Below are positions 12,191 through 24,858 of a DNA stretch of 64,000 nt, piece by piece. A program made the translations under genes and the position numbers. This DNA is from Ruditapes philippinarum (taxonomy: Eukaryota): contig NW_026862330.1 in assembly GCF_026571515.1 (NCBI RefSeq), positions 248,001 to 312,000 of the forward strand, in the 5' to 3' direction. The notes beneath the pieces were generated by a model. The model ran no database searches. It had not been told where the DNA came from and saw only the letters and a program-made list of their open reading frames with translations. Within the stretch, counting starts at the first letter, position 1. Each line of letters starts with the position of its first letter.

Positions 12191-13589
12191 ATATTTACTT
12201 CAAATTGAACACGAATCATAACACTAGCCCTGCAAACTGTTGGTCTTACAAATCAAATGCTAAAATATCAACTTTCACATTACAATAAATAACAAGGTTT
12301 ATTCCTCTTGCGTCAATATTTTATGAATAATATCACCCTCTAACATGGTTTTTCCTTAGTTTTTTCTCTTACTTCTTTATTTCTTCAGGGATTTACTTCA
12401 GACTTCAAATTAATGATCATTTAACACCCTTTATCATTTGTGATTAGAATTATATGTCTTGTACTTGCAATTTCAGATTTTAAACTTGAGAATTGTTACT
12501 TTTGTACATATATATCGTATATTTGTCTTCCATTACCGCGTCCGTTTTCTTTTAAAGATAGTGCTCGGCCTACTCTGATAGCTCTTGGTTCACCCCCCCC
12601 CCCCATCCGTTACTACTAAACTAGAGAAAACAGAATCCCCAAAGAAAGCCCAACACAGCAAAATTGAAAATGTTACAGACTCGGATGTTACAGGCTCGGT
12701 TTGATTATGAAGCCTGCATATTATTATCATAGACGTGAAAGGAATAATGAAAAAGATGGCAACACCCTAAGGGTGATTAAACAGTATTCAAGAAGTACCA
12801 CAAACATGCACTCACAACAATAATGTCGTGCTGAAAGACCTTCAAGGATCGAAAATATTACATTTTTGATTGAATGTACGGGGAGACGTTTTACACCCGC
12901 GTAACGGCACAAATAACATTGACAAATAACATTGATGTGACAGTAAAATAGAGAAAAAGATTAAGTTATTTGTCGTATGTGTCAATGCATATTAGATGTG
13001 TGTTTGACGAATTTCGTAGATATATTAAGGATGAAAAATGAAAGCAAAAATAACCAACAAAACTACAATTATAAGATGTTATAGAAAGTTTTAAAGAAAT
13101 CCAGTCATGTAATCATTAATTATCGCGGATGCCCGGTCATTTATTTCCATCATTTAAACTGAATCTACATATTGTTTACATCCGGTTGTCAAACATTTAC
13201 CAATATTTTAAAGGATTTACAGTAACAATATATGGGGCGTGATGAACAAGTTATTTCCGGAGTGGTAAACTGACATGAAACGTGCATTTTGTCCAATAAT
13301 TAGGATGTCCTTCGCCTACTCACTCACTATCTATGATTTCATCTAACTTCAATTTAAACGATGGAGGTCATACAAAAAGCTATTCGTACTAAAGGAACAA
13401 ACTTTTAAACCCGGTATCAATATAATTATCAACTGGTCTTACATTTGAATGATTTTATGACATTTTTAAAGACAATATGTCTTCAGAAGACTGTATTACT
13501 CCTGTTTAGAAGAGATATATAAACTTTTGATGCAGGGTGATATTGCATTAGTTTCACTGAGTAACCAGACATTAAGGTAAATCGTTATT

Positions 13590-13940
13590 AGATTATATTT
13601 TGTAACATAGTTAAAGTTTCCTAACTTAATGCATAAGATATGATAAGATATTATAACATTATTTAAATTTCTTAACTAAATACACTAGATATGTTAAGAT
13701 ATTGTAACATAATTTAAATTTCCTAACTTTATGCACTAGGTATGATATTAAGATATTGTAACATAATTTCATTTTGCTTACTTAATGCACTAGAAAAGAT
13801 AACATTTTGTAACATTTTTTAATTTTCTAGATTTGATAAAATATTGTTACATAAGATCAAGTATTGTAACATAATTAAAGTTTCCTAGCTTATTGCATTA
13901 GGTATGATTATATCCTGTATCATTTTCCTAACTTAATTAT
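13590..13940. repeat. Degenerate ~45-52-bp minisatellite (taagatattgtaacataatttaaatttcctaacttaatgcactag), about 7 copies
   Basis: The ttgtaacata core recurs at ~13600, 13650, 13702, 13757, 13807, 13845 and 13864. Confidence 0.8.
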
Positions 13941-15384
13941 ATGAGGCACTCAATATAGTAATAAATTGTAGAAAAGTTCACTTTTTTTTACTAGATATAA
14001 CTTATCGCATGGTAGTTATTGTGGGACTTAATACACTAGTTATGATGATAATCAAATTTATTTAATATTTTACTTTCATTAAATACATGCGCTATCAGAC
14101 GATCTATTGAAATATAGTTTACTTTTTACACAGTCGACATTTTAATTGATTGTAAATGAATGATTACAATACAATCACTTCTAAATGAATAACTACGGAA
14201 GCTTATCAGGGCCATCACTTATCTTAAAGTTTCATGTCATGTCAACTTGTTTTTTCTCGTTTTGACCAAAAACAAACCATGAAGACGTTATATTTAATAC
14301 GCAATACGTTAAACATTCCATGAAGACGTTATGATTAATACGTAATACGTAGAAAGTTTTTAATCATTGCAAAAAGACTTTGTTGAATTACGTGAGCTAT
14401 TACGGAAGCTTCAAAGGGTCACCTCTTACGCGATCTTTTGTGAGAAGATTTACGGAAGTGGAAAAAAGTAAGGCGCAAAGGCATGATATTGTCAGTGTTT
14501 TCGCAAAAAATAATTCGAATAAACGAGAAATTTTTAGCTAATTGGCCAAATTTTTTGTTGCAAGAAACAGAAACATTGCACATGACGAGTAATATTTTGG
14601 CGAGAAATTAATAAAAGGTCTTTTTCGAAAAACATGTAGACGCAATACTTGATACCTTTCACTTTCTCGAAAAAAATTATGACTCATTACCTAATACATA
14701 ATACCTTGTCGCAAAAACTTTTGATGCATTACTCTAAAACATTTCATTTGATGAAAATATTGTTTGCGCAATTCCTAAAGTGTAGTCTGGTTTTCGTTAT
14801 ATTTTTGTCGAGAAATGACATAATTATATTAAGATACACAGCAGCGGTAATTTTGCACGACCGTAGGGAGTGTGAGAACAAGTGCATATTTTATCATACC
14901 CGATAAATAACCCTTTTATTAAATAATTATTTCAAAATAGTATACTGAGTTAAAAATAAAACCTTCATTGTTGAAATATTTTTAAAGATGTCTTTTAATA
15001 ATGTAAATGTTTGGTTTGATTCAATATCTAGCCAACATGAAGAACGTCAACGCGCAATCTGATAACAACGTTCATGTGTGAGTTGTGTGTAATGTCTATG
15101 GACACGATGTGCATCTAACACAACGGATATAACTTGATTACACACCGTATATTATTAGTTATAAAGATTGATTGACAGTTATATGGCCATATATAAACGG
15201 TTGTTTGTAAATATAATCCGAGCTGCCGTCGAAAAATATAGGAAGTTTGAAATCATAAATTTACTGTGAGTCTGTCACGACTTTAAATACTAGATTTTTT
15301 TTTAAAAAAAAATCAGTTTTCACGGAGCTAGTGATCAATATATTGCTTTTAATATTTTGTGTCCATCTACTAGACCCCTTACCT

Positions 15385-15585
15385 TTTTGGTTCGAATCCC
15401 ACAAGATACTTAATATCTCTTTTACATGAGGAAAGATACTTTAACTAATTTACGGAAACGTCTCTTGTTTTATTCAAGTTCCCGTGTTGAAAAAAATATC
15501 CGAGAAGCACCTGAAGGGGGTTCTTTTTTCCACCAGTTTAAACTGAAAAAACCAATAAATTTCCCTGAACGTAAAACCCGACAAA
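15385..15585 (+). mobile_element. Degenerate tRNA-derived SINE copy (same family as 35003-35182)
   Basis: B-box ggttcgaatcc at ~15389; blocks tgaggaa..tttacggaa..gcacctga..ttccaccagt.aaactg..cgtaaaacccga plus A-tail align with the 35003-35182 copy. Confidence 0.6.
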
Positions 15586-17020
15586 AAATCTATGTATCAA
15601 CGCTTAATTTGTATACATTGTTTAAAATACTAGCTTTTCCAATTAGAAATTATCAACTTTGGTTTTATTTAGGTTTATATAAAACAAATTTTTTTTATTC
15701 GGGCGTTTTTTAAACTCGATGCTGATAAAAACACCCCAACTGAAAAAACCCAAACCCGTTTAAAAACAAGAAATTTTAAAATTATTGTAACAGTAAAAAA
15801 CGATTGCCACGACTGGGACAACCCACTGGCCACAATCGTTTAAATTTCTAAATCCCGACGAGTTTTAAACACTGGAAAATACCACATCTAACTTGATTTT
15901 TTAAAGAATCCCATTAAAATCTTATTACGCACATTCAAATGTTTTCGATGATATCAAGACATTAATAACAAATAAAACATTATATTCGGTCATCTACGAT
16001 ACATGTAACGCGTGTGTTACGTGTGTGTGCGTTATGTATAACTGTGTTTTGTGCCACAGGCAAAAAAAAACATGAGATCACTTTCCATTTTCCTTTCTGC
16101 AGGCCTTATCAGTTTGCCACGGCTAGCCGCTATTCATACTGAATAACGCAATAGAATAATGTGTATAACCTAAAATCCGTGACCATCTACATACTTGCCA
16201 ATGGCTTGAACCTCCACCTAAAAACCTTTATGACCAAATGGCTAAATAATGATATCAATGTCAGTCATAATAGATGTTTATGATTTATGAACTTTTTTTT
16301 TTCAATTTTTTCCAAATAGTTTAAATATAAATATATATTGATTTAGATTTGCTACACAAAATACACTAGTTAATATACATTAGTTTAACCTACGTTCTGG
16401 CATATCAATTTTAACCTGCCACGCGAGGAATTAATTACCCGCGATACCATGCCATACCTTAAGCTTTTTTTTCTCAAACTCATTCACCCCTTCAGACTAC
16501 AACCGGCAAAGTCTTGCAGAAAAGGGGATGCATAATATAACCAAGTGGAGATCTTCTATCTGCATGTACTTAAAGTTAGAACTTATTAATTACTTTTGAA
16601 AACAAGGCTTTTTACATTAAACTGCCTACTGGAACCATCCTAAAACCACTGAAAATGCGATTGAAATTTGTTTGTTGAATTAATGAGCAACAGTTCTTAT
16701 TACATCGCTATTACATCGCTTTGTTGCCATTTAAAAATACGAACCATAAGAATCATATAATATTATTATTAACATCTAAGTAAATCAATCTAATCAACCA
16801 GTCTGTCAGGTTAGACCCAATAAGTAAATTGTTCTGTCATTCTCCTTCGCTTTTTTCTAGATGATTAAGTTAAAAAAACATATTAAACTGGTGATTAAAC
16901 GAATTTGTATTTTTGTTTTTCATTTAGCAACCATATGTGAAAGATTCAATTAAAATTTATATAATTATTTTTTAAACTGCGTGTTAGCCTTAATCTACAA
17001 AACATGTTTATATATATGAA

Positions 17021-18125
17021 CCCCTGTAATTTCCAACACTATCGACAAAGATTTGTCCCTGAAAACACCTTATACAAACATGAATATTCGTACTACAAAT
17101 CACCTAAGGTGCATGTATAGCTGCAATTGTACAAAATTTGGGAAACCAGCACCTATGAATAAAACTATTATGCTTAGTTCCCATAATACTATAAATTCAC
17201 TTAATTAAGCTATTTAAATAGTCTTATTAAAATATAAAGTTATCCTGTTCCGTTCCGTTCCGTTAAATACCATAACCTACATTGGTATTGGTACTTTGCG
17301 GAACGGAACGGAACGAACAAAAATATATCACATTCATCTGCAACCTCAGTTTAATGTGACCGCCTGTAATTTCCAACACTATCGACAAAGTTTTGCCCTA
17401 TGAAAACGCCCTATAGATACATGAATATTCGTACTTCAAATCACCTCTGATGCATGTATAGCTGCAATTGTACAAAATTTGGGTTAAAAATTATGAAACC
17501 ACCACCTATGAATAAAACTATTATGCTAAGTTCGATAATATTATAAATTCACTTAATTAAGCTATTTTAATAGTCTTATTAATATATAAATTTATCATGT
17601 TCCGTTCCGTTCCGTTGAATACCATTACCTATATGGGTATTGGCACTTTGCGGAACGGAACGGAACGAACAAAAAGATATCACATTCATCCGCAATCAGT
17701 TTGATATGACCCCCCCCCCCGCCTGTAATTTCCAACACAATCGACAAAGATTTGCCGCATGAAAACGCCCTATAGATACATGAATAATTTTGCCCCATGA
17801 AAACGTCCTATAGATACATGAATATTCGTACTTCAAATCACCTATGGTGTAAAGCTGCAATTGTAAAAACTTGGGTTAAAAAAATAAAACCACCACCTAT
17901 GAATGAAACTTTTATTCTTAGTTCCATAATATGATAAATTCACTTAATTAAGCTATTTAAATAGTTTTATCAAAATATAAATTTATCCTGTTCCGTTCCG
18001 TTCCGTTAAATACCATTACCTATATGGGTAATGGTACTTCACGGAACCAACTAAAAATATATCACATTCTTCCGCAACCACAGTACAATCTGACCAGCTG
18101 CAAAATCCAACACTATCGCTGAAAA
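17021..18125. repeat. Satellite, ~340-375-bp unit, 3 full copies plus a partial, each with an inverted (GTTCC)3/(GGAAC)n microsatellite
   Basis: cctgtaatttccaacac starts at 17023, 17363 and 17722, with a variant at ~18098. Each unit contains tgttccgttccgttccg followed ~37 nt later by cggaac repeats (reduced in the third unit). Confidence 0.92.
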
Positions 18126-18946
18126 CGCCCAGAAGATAGACGGTGTATAGCCGAAATTTTACAGATCAATGCTTAAAATTAATCTCAATGACATTTATTC
18201 TGGCGAAGAGCGTTCAATTTTAGGAGCCTTAGTGTCTGTCTTGTGTGATATAGAACTATGTCCAGCGAGTATTTTTTTAATTTCGGAAGAAAAAAATGTC
18301 GCAAAGGGCAAAATATGGTGAATAAAAAGGGTGCAGTAAAACTGTCGCTACCTTGAAGGTCAAGGTCACAGAATGACCTTGCAGCAAAATCGTATCCAGC
18401 CCATAACTTCGTTATTTGAGGTAGGATTTTACAACTATTTCACAGAAATGATCACCATATTGACACAATGTGTTGCGCGCAACATTTGGGTTATTTTACT
18501 CTTTTAACTTTGTCTGTGACATAACTCTGAACTACAAGAGGTATACCTTCCTGTGTCCAAAACCTGTTCGGGGAGCATCACCCGGTTCAACCGGATCTTG
18601 TTTTACCAATGTCTCATATTCACAAGGAACATACCATAGGTGAATCTTTAAGTTTGTTGTCTCTGTGTTCATTGTAAAGTCTTGTATTTATATATTCTTG
18701 ATAAAAATAAATATTTTTTAAACTTCATCACAAGTCATTGCAATTGACTTGACAACAATTTTTTTACATTTACAATAATTATATAACTATATTTACTATT
18801 TTTTGACAATTTTTCTGTCCATAACTGAATGAATGGGTGAACATTTTTTGAAATATTGTTACTCAGACAAGAATTTTTGCCAGGGGAATTTGTGTTTAAT
18901 AAACACGTTCTTGTTAAATTCTTAACGTGCCACTAGGTGCTACTTC

Positions 18947-20480
18947 TTTTTATGCCACCGCAGCATCTGTGATGCGGTGGCATATAGCGATTCACCTGTG
19001 TGTGTGTTCTATAGATTATATAGTGAATTTAAAAAATCTTCTTATGAAAAACCACTGGTCCAATTGAAACCAAACTTGACAGGATTGATTCTTGGGTGAA
19101 GGGCTTCCAAATGTGCTCAAAGAATTTCATTCCATGCAGAAATCTGGTTGTCATGGCAACCAAAAGGAATAAAAAGAATAAATTTAAAAATCTTCTTGTA
19201 AAGACCCACAAGGCCTAGAGATATTTTGCATATGGCATTGTCTGGTAGACCTCTAGCAAAATTGTTCAAATTATAGCCCTTGGGTCAAAATTGGCCCCAC
19301 CCTGGGGGTCATTGATTTTCACTATGTACATATAGTAAAAAATTTAAAAAATCTTATTGTCTGAAGGTACAAGGCTTAGAGCTTTGATATTTGGTATATG
19401 ATATCATCTATAGGTAATCTACCAAAGTTGTTCAAATTTTGCCTCTGGTGTCAAAGTTAGCTTCGCCCCGGGGGCCATGGGTTTTCCATTTATGTATATA
19501 GTAAAAACTTAAGAAATTCATCTTCTTGAAATTGACAAATGCTAGAGGTTAGATATATTGCATGAAACTTTGTGTAGTGAACCTTTAGCCAGATTGTTCA
19601 AATTATAGCCCAGGGGTCAAAAGTAGCCCCACCCAGGGGGTCATTGATTTTCAGTCACTATGTAAATATTGTAAAAAATTATTAATCTTATTTTCTGAAG
19701 GTAAAAGGCTTAGAGCTTTGATGTTTGTTTTATAATATCAGCCATTAGGTCCTCTACCAAAGTTGTTCAAATTTTTTGCCCCTGGTGTGAAAATTGGCCC
19801 TGCCCGGGGGAGTTGATTTTCATTATGTACACATAGTTAAACAAATGTTTTCTGAATTGGAGAAAGCTACAGCTTAGATATTTGACATGAAAAAATGTTG
19901 TTTGTTGGACCTGTATCAAGATTGTTTGAATTAATCCATGGGGTCAAAATTTTGCCTTGCCTTAGGGGACAGTGACCTATTTTTTTGTCCTCTGATGTAC
20001 AGCCATGAAATGTGGACTATATGCAAAGTTTAAGTTGTAAAATTGTACTGTGATATCAGGTGAACTAGATTTTGAAGATGTGACCTACGTGTGCAGTTAT
20101 GAAATTTGAACCATGTGCACAGATTAAGATATAAAGTGAACTTTGTAATCAACTGGCGTAGATTTTGACAAAGTGTCTTACTGTGCTGGCCTTTGATGTA
20201 CAGTCATGAAATTTTGGCCATGTGAAATATGACCGTCACCACCAAATTCACTAGACTCAACTGCATTGATAGATTTCTACTCTGATCTTTCATTTGAATT
20301 TTGAATAACAATCGATTTAACCACTTATCTGATAATAAGAATTAGATAGGTCAGTGATCTATACATTATGGCAATCTTCAATTGTATAGAAACAAAAAAA
20401 ATGTGTTCCTACATTACTATTTAGTGTTGTACATGTATTAATGTGGTGGCATAGCGTTTTTCACAATTGCAATCTTGTTT
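18947..20480 (+). mobile_element. Non-autonomous Helentron/HINE-like element with an internal ~165-180-bp tandem array (about 5 units)
   Basis: T-rich start tttttatgccaccgc, adjacent inverted gcggtggcata, (tg)n tract, repeated aaattgttcaaattatagccc..gggtcaaaa..gcccc..ggggg units, 3' subTIR ggtggcata and a tcttgttt end. Confidence 0.65.
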
Positions 20481-20593
20481 AGAACTGATTTAAATTTTAA
20501 TATAACAGACGCCATGTGTTAAAATTCTGAAGGTAAAGTAAGCATCTCACTTTTACAAGTTCTTAATTTCAAACATCAATTCAAATATTAATT

Positions 20594-21640
20594 TCCAATC
20601 AGTAATTTTGAAGTTACATTTTTGTTTGATGTGTGATGGCAAGTAATGCCAAAATGTTAAAAAAGCTACAAAGTCTTAATTTTTAGCATGCTCTGTATTT
20701 TATTCTCATACCTTTATTGTGATAAGACAGAAACAAAGTATATAAACATTTTATTTAGTTCCGCCCATTGTTTTCTCGTTTAGGGCACACGCTTTATATT
20801 ACTTGGGGACCATACGCCGCTTTTCATGGAATGGCACGAAAGTGTCACATTGAAGGTTCCATGATAACCGCCGTATGAACACATCTGCGGATGTTTCTAA
20901 ATTCAAAATTTTACTATTGCATGTTTAAATGTTGAATTCTGCTTAAGCCGGTGCTAGGGGGCGTGGACGGTAACTTGCACTTTCCAGTACTGTCCATGAA
21001 CAGGCTCAATCAAACCGAGCCTGCAACATTTTCAATTTTGCCGTGTTGGGCTTTCTTTAGGGATTCTGTATTTATCTATTTTACTAGGTGAAGAATAGAA
21101 AGTCAGTCTTATCCAATTAGTAATTTTGAAGTTACATTTTTGTTTGATGTGTGATGGCAAGTAATGCCAAAATGTTAAAAAAGCTACAAAGTCTTAATTT
21201 TTAGCATGCTCTGTATTTTATTCTCATACCTTTATTGTGATAAGACAGAAACAAAGTATATAAACATTTTGTTGAGTCTAAGTCTTTACTAGGTGAAGAA
21301 TAGAAAGTCAGTCTTATCCAATTAGTAATTTTGAAGTTACATTTTTCTTTGATGTATGATGGCAAGTTCTGCCAAAATTTTAAAGTTACTACAAAGTCTT
21401 AATTTTTAGTGTGATCTGTATTTTCCTTTTATATTTTTATTGTAATGTAACAGAAACAAAGGTTTCGTATATATAAATATTTTGTTGATTTTTAACCTTA
21501 TATATATTAGGAATAGAAAATAAGTTTTCTTTAATTAGTGCCTTTGATGTTACAATTTTCTTTGATGTATGTTGGTTAGTTCTGCAAAAAGATTAAGAGT
21601 CATAAACTTTTTATGCGATCTGTTATATTTTATTTGAAAT
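20594..21640. repeat. ~205-bp tandem repeat (4 copies of varying identity), interrupted by an insertion at ~20751-21085
   Basis: ccaat(c/t)agtaattttgaagttacattttt recurs at ~20595, 21112, 21317 and, degenerately, ~21532. The first two copies are nearly identical. Confidence 0.85.
20751..21088 (+). mobile_element. Dispersed repeat family carrying gcttaagccggtgctagggggcgtg...ctcaatcaaaccgag; relatives at 12620-12705 (-), 25475-25937 (-) and 63755-63870 (+)
   Basis: Direct sequence matches between the four loci. The copies at 20751 and 12620 end in ...ggattctgt..t.tcta../ctag. Confidence 0.65.
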
Positions 21641-21946
21641 AAAACTAGAAATCACTCTTTGTTGTATTGTTTAGAAGTTGCATTGTCAGCATTGTTTTGA
21701 AACCAATTTGGAATTCATAAAAAGCTAGTATCCGGGTGTGTCTTATGTAATAACATTAAAGCCCTGGCATGGACAATGAAGGTTTTAAGATTTGACATTG
21801 AATTGTGACTGTAAATTCTATTAAGTTATTTTTTATGACAATTTTATCATACAAAACCAATTTTCTGTTCTACTTTTTTCTAACCTTTTATCATAACAGT
21901 CAGGTTGTGATTTCCATTGCACTCCAAAACTTTATTGTTGGTCAAA

Positions 21947-22420
21947 TTTTTAGCTCGACTATTCGATAAGAATAGGAGCTATTGTAGTCACCCGATTGTT
22001 GACGTCGGTGTAACCACTTATGTTAAAGTTTTTGTAATACCTCAAATATTTTCAATGTCCATTGACATATGGCTTTGTACCGTTACACATTTGTTAAACA
22101 TCATGACCCCAACCTGTAGACAGGAGGAGGTAAGTGTATCAAGCATTTGTACAGAATTATGCTCCTTTTTGAACTTAAAATATACATTAAGGTTTGCATA
22201 ACACCTCAAATATTTTTATATTCTATTGAAACAAGTTGAAATTGTATACTCTTCTTTGACAGCATAATAGGACTCTCTCAAAGGCCTATAACTGTAACGT
22301 GTATTAAAGAAAAAAAATTCCATTCGTTATTAACATACAAAATTTTACATTTTCAAGGCTCTTTTACTATCAAGCATTAAGAATAGTCGAGCGTTTCTGT
22401 CATACCGACAGCTCTTGTTT
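21947..22420 (+). mobile_element. HINE/Helentron-like non-autonomous element
   Basis: tttttagctcgactattc ... gaatagtcgagc subterminal IRs, 3' hairpin ctgtc(atacc)gacag and a ctcttgttt end. Confidence 0.6.
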
Positions 22421-22799
22421 ATTACGGAATCTATTGCTTTTATATTTGGACATCCTTTTGCACAAAATCTTTAATTATGATCCATAAATGACACGGTTCT
22501 TCAAAATTGATTAAAAATAGATTCAACTTTCTTATCGAGATGAAATCAAAATGGCGAGACAGGTCCTTCCAACCCTATATTCTATATCAATCATTAGCAC
22601 ATATTTTCTTGATGATGTGTGGTAACAGAAAATTTTAATTGGTATCAACCTTCAAATACATGTAAAATGAATAATAATATAAACTTAATTTATAATTATG
22701 TATACCTTCATTTGCCTTTATAGTATTTCTTTAAGACCGCCTTTAAATAGAGTAATAAATATGACCTTGACACCTAAATGACATTGATCGTCTTGGTCA

Positions 22800-23340
22800 T
22801 TTTTACCTCGACTTTAAAAAAAAACAAAAAAAAACAGTAGAGGTATTGTTATAGTCCTGGCGGCGCTGCCGTCTGCAAACTGGTACCTAGATCATAACTT
22901 TTTGAGTTCTTGGTATATTGTCTTCATACTTGGCCACACCAATTCTTGGGACAAGACCTTTCAGAAGACTACACTAACCTTGACCTTTATCCATAAATGA
23001 CCTTGATCTTCAAGGTCAAATGTCCAAATTTTGCTTGTTCTTGCTGTTATTGGCTGTTACTTTGTTATTTTTGGATCGATTGTCTTCAAACTTGAAAATA
23101 ATAATCTTCAAGGATAGCCCTTTTAAATAATCAGACAGACCTTGACCTTCACTTATAAATGACCTTGACTTTGATTAGTGCATTACATGACCAAATATAT
23201 TTATTGGTGTGTATGTACGTACGTGGACAGGATTCATACAAACAATATTATAAAAAGGAAACGTTAAGATTTGTGAAAACATTTCTTTGTTTGCTTTCAG
23301 AAAAAGTAAAAAGTCGAGAGTTGCCCCGCCCGGCTCTGGA
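22800..23340 (+). mobile_element. HINE/Helentron-like non-autonomous element
   Basis: ttttacctcgacttt ... aaagtcgag subterminal IRs with internal tgaccttgac repeats. Confidence 0.5.
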
Positions 23341-24858
23341 TTTAATTTGTCCTAAATGGTCCATAATTTTATTAATAGATCGATTTGATTAATAAATCTG
23401 AGTTTGACCTATGATTGACCCTGTTAACTCAGCTTGTGGTCATGTTTTGTTTTCCTGTCGATATATATTTGCGTAAGAAGCAGCCTTAAAGTTAGCAGTC
23501 GAGCTGCCCAGTGGCCTAGCATGGGGGGAATAGATATCATATAGCCACAAAATAGTTTAAGAATAATGTTATGTATCAAAAATGCCTTTCTCAGACTATA
23601 AGAAGAGATGTGGTTCATCAGTTTCAAAGGAAACAACTCATAGCAGCCTTACGTTAACTGCTTGGCAGTCTAAGTACTAGAGGTGTGTTGTGTGCCGACT
23701 GGTGCTTCGGGTGGCTGCAAGGCGTCACAATATTGTTATGTCTGGAGCAACATGAGGGGCTGTCTGCACTGTAAAGTTTCTAGTGACTTCGATGACATTT
23801 GTGCAGAGCGTTTTTATTTTCAAAAGCGACCTACATTAAATTCAATTTAAAAACTTACATGTGACTTTTACCACCATTTGACATTGACAGTCTTTTCGTG
23901 GACAGATGTAAGACATGATGCGTTCCTTTGTTATTTTATCCTCCAGAAGGGGCATTTTGACCTTTCAATCTGTCAGTGCTATAAATTATAAATAAAAAAC
24001 TGTTTGCAAACCAAGCACTTTCAAAGCACGGGAAAAGTTTGATAGTTTCAGGTGTCTAAAGGGTCGATATGCAACAGTGTAAGCATTCATCGTAAAGAAT
24101 GAACTGTCTTTGTTTAGTAAAAACAGTTTTGCAAATAATTTCGTCTTATTACGGTGACTTTATAAACAAAGCTGAATACTAAATACTAATTTAAAATGTT
24201 TTATTTTGGACATGCAGAAGTTGCTCCTACCATTTCCTATTACGTGTCTTCTAATTTTTTCCAAATTCAATATCAAATTATTGGGCTTTACAAACATAAA
24301 GAAATGCCTTAGGGTGTCATTATTAGAATTTCATCTGAGAATTACATTGGCTTGACAGGTTTGACAAATTAAGTGTTCACTTAAGCTCTGGTATACCTCT
24401 AGGTAAAATCTACAAGTGTTAGGTTGCTTTCAACTGCTTATAAACTATAATCTTTATTTGATTGAATTATGTATTAATAAAAAGTAAGTTTCGTATGTCA
24501 AGGAAAATAAGATCATCACATTAAAATATAACTCTAGTCTGTAACATATTATCACCATAAAAAGTTTGAAAACAATACTTTTCCGTTTTTATTTAATACC
24601 TGTACAAATGTGACAAATTGACATTAGATATGTTTCGATATTCTTAATCTATCGTTACCTTACAAATTATCAGATATATGTACACAAATGAAATAATTTT
24701 AGGGAAATTAACACATTTCGATTCCATAACATTTTAACAATTATCAAATATACATGTTTTTGCATGGGCATAATACAGACATTATAAGAACAACTCCACG
24801 TGGCCTATTTACTACCGTTGTCATATACCCCATGAAATGTGTCCCACTCACTAAAAAC

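Noticed and set aside
20950-20965. CTCF-like motif gtgctagggggcgtg in the dispersed repeat
   Set aside because: It lacks the 5' CC of the CTCF core and lies in a repeat, so it cannot be supported.
16090-24430. Possible second IS3EU ORF or captured exons (for example 16100-16270, 23420-23810, 24215-24420)
   Set aside because: These patches are slightly GC-richer, but I found no recognisable motif or consistent frame. A tblastx/HMM search would be needed.
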